A stretch of DNA of 64,000 nucleotides from the NCBI RefSeq assembly GCF_037042905.1, contig NC_087249.1, forward strand, positions 6,698,001 through 6,762,000. The letters run 5' to 3'. Positions 61,451 through 64,000 of this stretch are shown one piece after another. This DNA is from Lytechinus pictus (taxonomy: Eukaryota). Position numbers and translations under genes: made by a program. Every line of letters begins with the position of its first letter. The stretch's first letter is position 1. The notes below the pieces were generated by a model, which was not told the origin of the DNA, searched no databases, and saw nothing but the letters and a program-made list of their open reading frames with translations.

Positions 61451-61588
61451 CATGTCCAAAGTACGATAGTGTGCAAATAAATTATTTAATGTTTGGATAA
61501 CAATTACCAGTAGCAGTGAGACTGAATGGCCTATTATTTCGTCTTTTTGTTGTTTTTTACATAGGAGAGCAAAACCATGACCTGCTTC

Positions 61589-61858
61589 TGGGCCCAGTCT
61601 TACAAAGAGTTACGATTGATTCGATCAGTCACAACTATAGACGACAGGAACATCAACATCTGTTATGCATGTTTGTTTAAAGTATTTTCTAACTATGATG
61701 TATATTCATGCATTTATTGTTTATTGAAAATTCACTGTGCTTCTCTTTGTTTACAAAGTACATTGTGCAAATCTCCTAAAGAAAAAATTATGACACTGAT
61801 GGATTTCCATAGAGTTACGATTGATTGGATAAATCGTAACTCTTTGTAAGACGGGGCC
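61589..61858. mobile_element. MITE family 5 (gggccc...tcttacaaagagttacgatt TIR); related remnants at 16870-16992 and 42665-42790
   Basis: Inverted termini tcttacaaagagttacgatt / aatcgtaactctttgtaaga. Confidence 0.75.
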
Positions 61859-64000
61859 CTGGTCTGTTATGCTGTATACCTCATTCTGATATCCGCCCTA
61901 TTCATTTCTCCCTCTTTTATCAGTTCTGACATAATTATATACATCGCATGTAAGGTGTGAAAGCACCCACTTATTTATTTGTACACATTCGAGGGGGATC
62001 CACACTTTACAAGCATTGATTTTAGTGCACCCCTCATTTCAAATTCCGTATTTAATACATGTATTGCATTTGTTTAAAATGTCAATCTATTAATTTGTAT
62101 CTGATTTATATTATTTTGTATTTCTTTAGGATATAAAAAAATAAAGAATTGAATGAATTGAATCGATTCATGATGTAATCATTTTTAAAAAATCTAGTCA
62201 GCATCTATCTATTTCAAATTAAAATAATAACCCAAATCCACGCTATCCATCCAAACAGTACCAGAGTATTTTGACGGGGGTGGCTAAGGGCCTTTTCACA
62301 CGTGAATCTTGAATCATCATTGTAACTCGAAAACTGTGATTTGAATTCGAATTCCCGAGCGAAGGTGGTATGTGTCCTTGGTGACATGTCGATCAAAGCA
62401 CTGCATATACAAACCACGATGGGTGCATGACAATTGTACTATCTACGGAAGTGCTTAAAAGGTAACGTAAGCTCCGCCCCCCAAAAATATGTTTTGGAGG
62501 TCAAGCTTTTTACACGTAAAATTCGTACCGTAATTTGAGTGAAACTTAAAGGACAAGTCCACACCAACAAAAAGTTGATTTGAAACAAAGGAGAGAAATC
62601 CAACAAGCAAAACACTGAAAATTTCATCAAAATCGGATGTAAAATAAGAAAGTTATGACATTTTAAAGTTTCGCTTAATTTCACAAAACAGTTATATGCA
62701 CATCCTGGTCGGTGTGCAAATTGGCAGACTGATGACGTCACCCGCTCACTATTTCTTTTGTATTTTATTATATGAAATATGAAATATTCTAATTTTCTCC
62801 TCCTTGTCAAGTGAAACAAAGTTTTATTTCTCCCTGAACATTTGCAATTATCATTATTTTAACAGTTTATGGTTAAGTTAAGTTGGTCCTCATCGTCAAA
62901 TCTGTAAAAATTGAAATATTGTATTATTCAAACAATAAAAAACAAAAGAAATAGTGAGTGATGGACATCATTGACTCTCTCATTTGTATATCGCTGAGTT
63001 GCGCATTGAACTGTTTTCTGAAAAATAAGCGAATCTTTAAAATGTCATAACTTTCTTATTTTACATCCGATTTCAATGAAATTTGCAGCGTTATGTTTGT
63101 TTGATTTTTCTCTATCGATTCAAATCAACAATTTTCTGTGTTCTATGCACCAGCTCTCGCTTTTAAATATTTTTTCTCTTTTTCTATCATATTCCTTACT
63201 TTGCTTCTTCTTGAATTCCATTTTTATCACTTGAATAAGCAAAGGGGCAGTTGCCTCTTGCACTCTCTGTTTTTTTCCCAAAAAATATTTGTCAAGTTAT
63301 ATGAATAATTTCCGATACTAGTATATCTCACATTTGAAAGAATTAAATGCATGTATGACAGGAAATCACTTCTATTGCAAATTCAAAAAGGGATAAAGAT
63401 CAAATAATGATTCAAACGTTCTCACATGCTCCTCGTTGCTTCCATTGATCCACAGTACTTACTCTTTGTAAGACGGGGCCCTGGTCTGTTATGCTGTATA
63501 CCTCATTCTGATATCCGCCCTATTCATTTCTCCCTCTTTTATCAGTTCTGACATAATTATATACATCGCATGTAAGGTGTGAAAGCACCCACTTATTTAT
63601 TTGTACACATTCGAGGGGGATCCACACTTTACAAGCATTGATTTTAGTGCACCCCTCATTTCAAATTCCGTATTTAATACATGTATTGCATTTGTTTAAA
63701 ATGTCAATCTATTAATTTGTATCTGATTTATATTATTTTGTATTTCTTTAGGATATAAAAAAATAAAGAATTGAATGAATTGAATCGATTCATGATGTAA
63801 TCATTTTTAAAAAATCTAGTCAGCATCTATCTATTTCAAATTAAAATAATAACCCAAATCCACGCTATCCATCCAAACAGTACCAGAGTATTTTGACGGG
63901 GGTGGCTAAGGGCCTTTTCACACGTGAATCTTGAATCATCATTGTAACTCGAAAACTGTGATTTGAATTCGAATTCCCGAGCGAAGGTGGTATGTGTCCT
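61839..64000 (+). repeat. Direct duplication with a 1622-bp period: 61839-62378 = 63461-64000 (runs off the window end)
   Basis: 540 bp read as identical by eye. Confidence 0.9.
62547..63140. mobile_element. Second copy of the Kolobok-like palindromic element
   Basis: Homologous to 54580-55160. Confidence 0.75.

Overview
This is AT-rich, intron-containing animal DNA, most likely from a sea urchin or other echinoderm. That taxon call is my inference from the dynein protein sequence and the repeat types. It is not prokaryotic, and I found no CRISPR array, rRNA or true tRNA gene. (1) Plus strand, 3497-22616: the 3' 12 coding exons (~570 codons, 5' end outside the window) of the axonemal outer-arm dynein intermediate chain, a DNAI1/IC78-type WD40 protein. 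(2) Minus strand, convergent with it: a tandem pair of cytosolic sulfotransferase (SULT) paralogues. Copy B is intact (6 coding exons, 307 aa, 52839-43950). Copy A is disabled (35191-26187) by a 22-nt frameshift deletion, an AG>AA acceptor mutation and a 3.8-kb CR1-type LINE inserted in exon 5 with a 5-bp TSD. (3) Dense mobile DNA: CR1/L2 LINE fragments, tRNA-derived SINEs, many MITEs (several nested) and a Helentron-like element carrying a 163/192-bp higher-order tandem array. The most unusual observations are four. Three decayed tandem copies of a splice acceptor plus exon start lie directly in front of a real dynein exon. There are candidate frame-preserving microexons in the dynein gene. 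A putative 4-exon antisense transcript nested in SULT-B intron 1 splices into a 49-aa basic+hydrophobic ORF. A MITE 8 nt upstream of the SULT-B ATG supplies its own splice acceptor. All gene models were read by eye from GT-AG sites and frame continuity; no database search was run.
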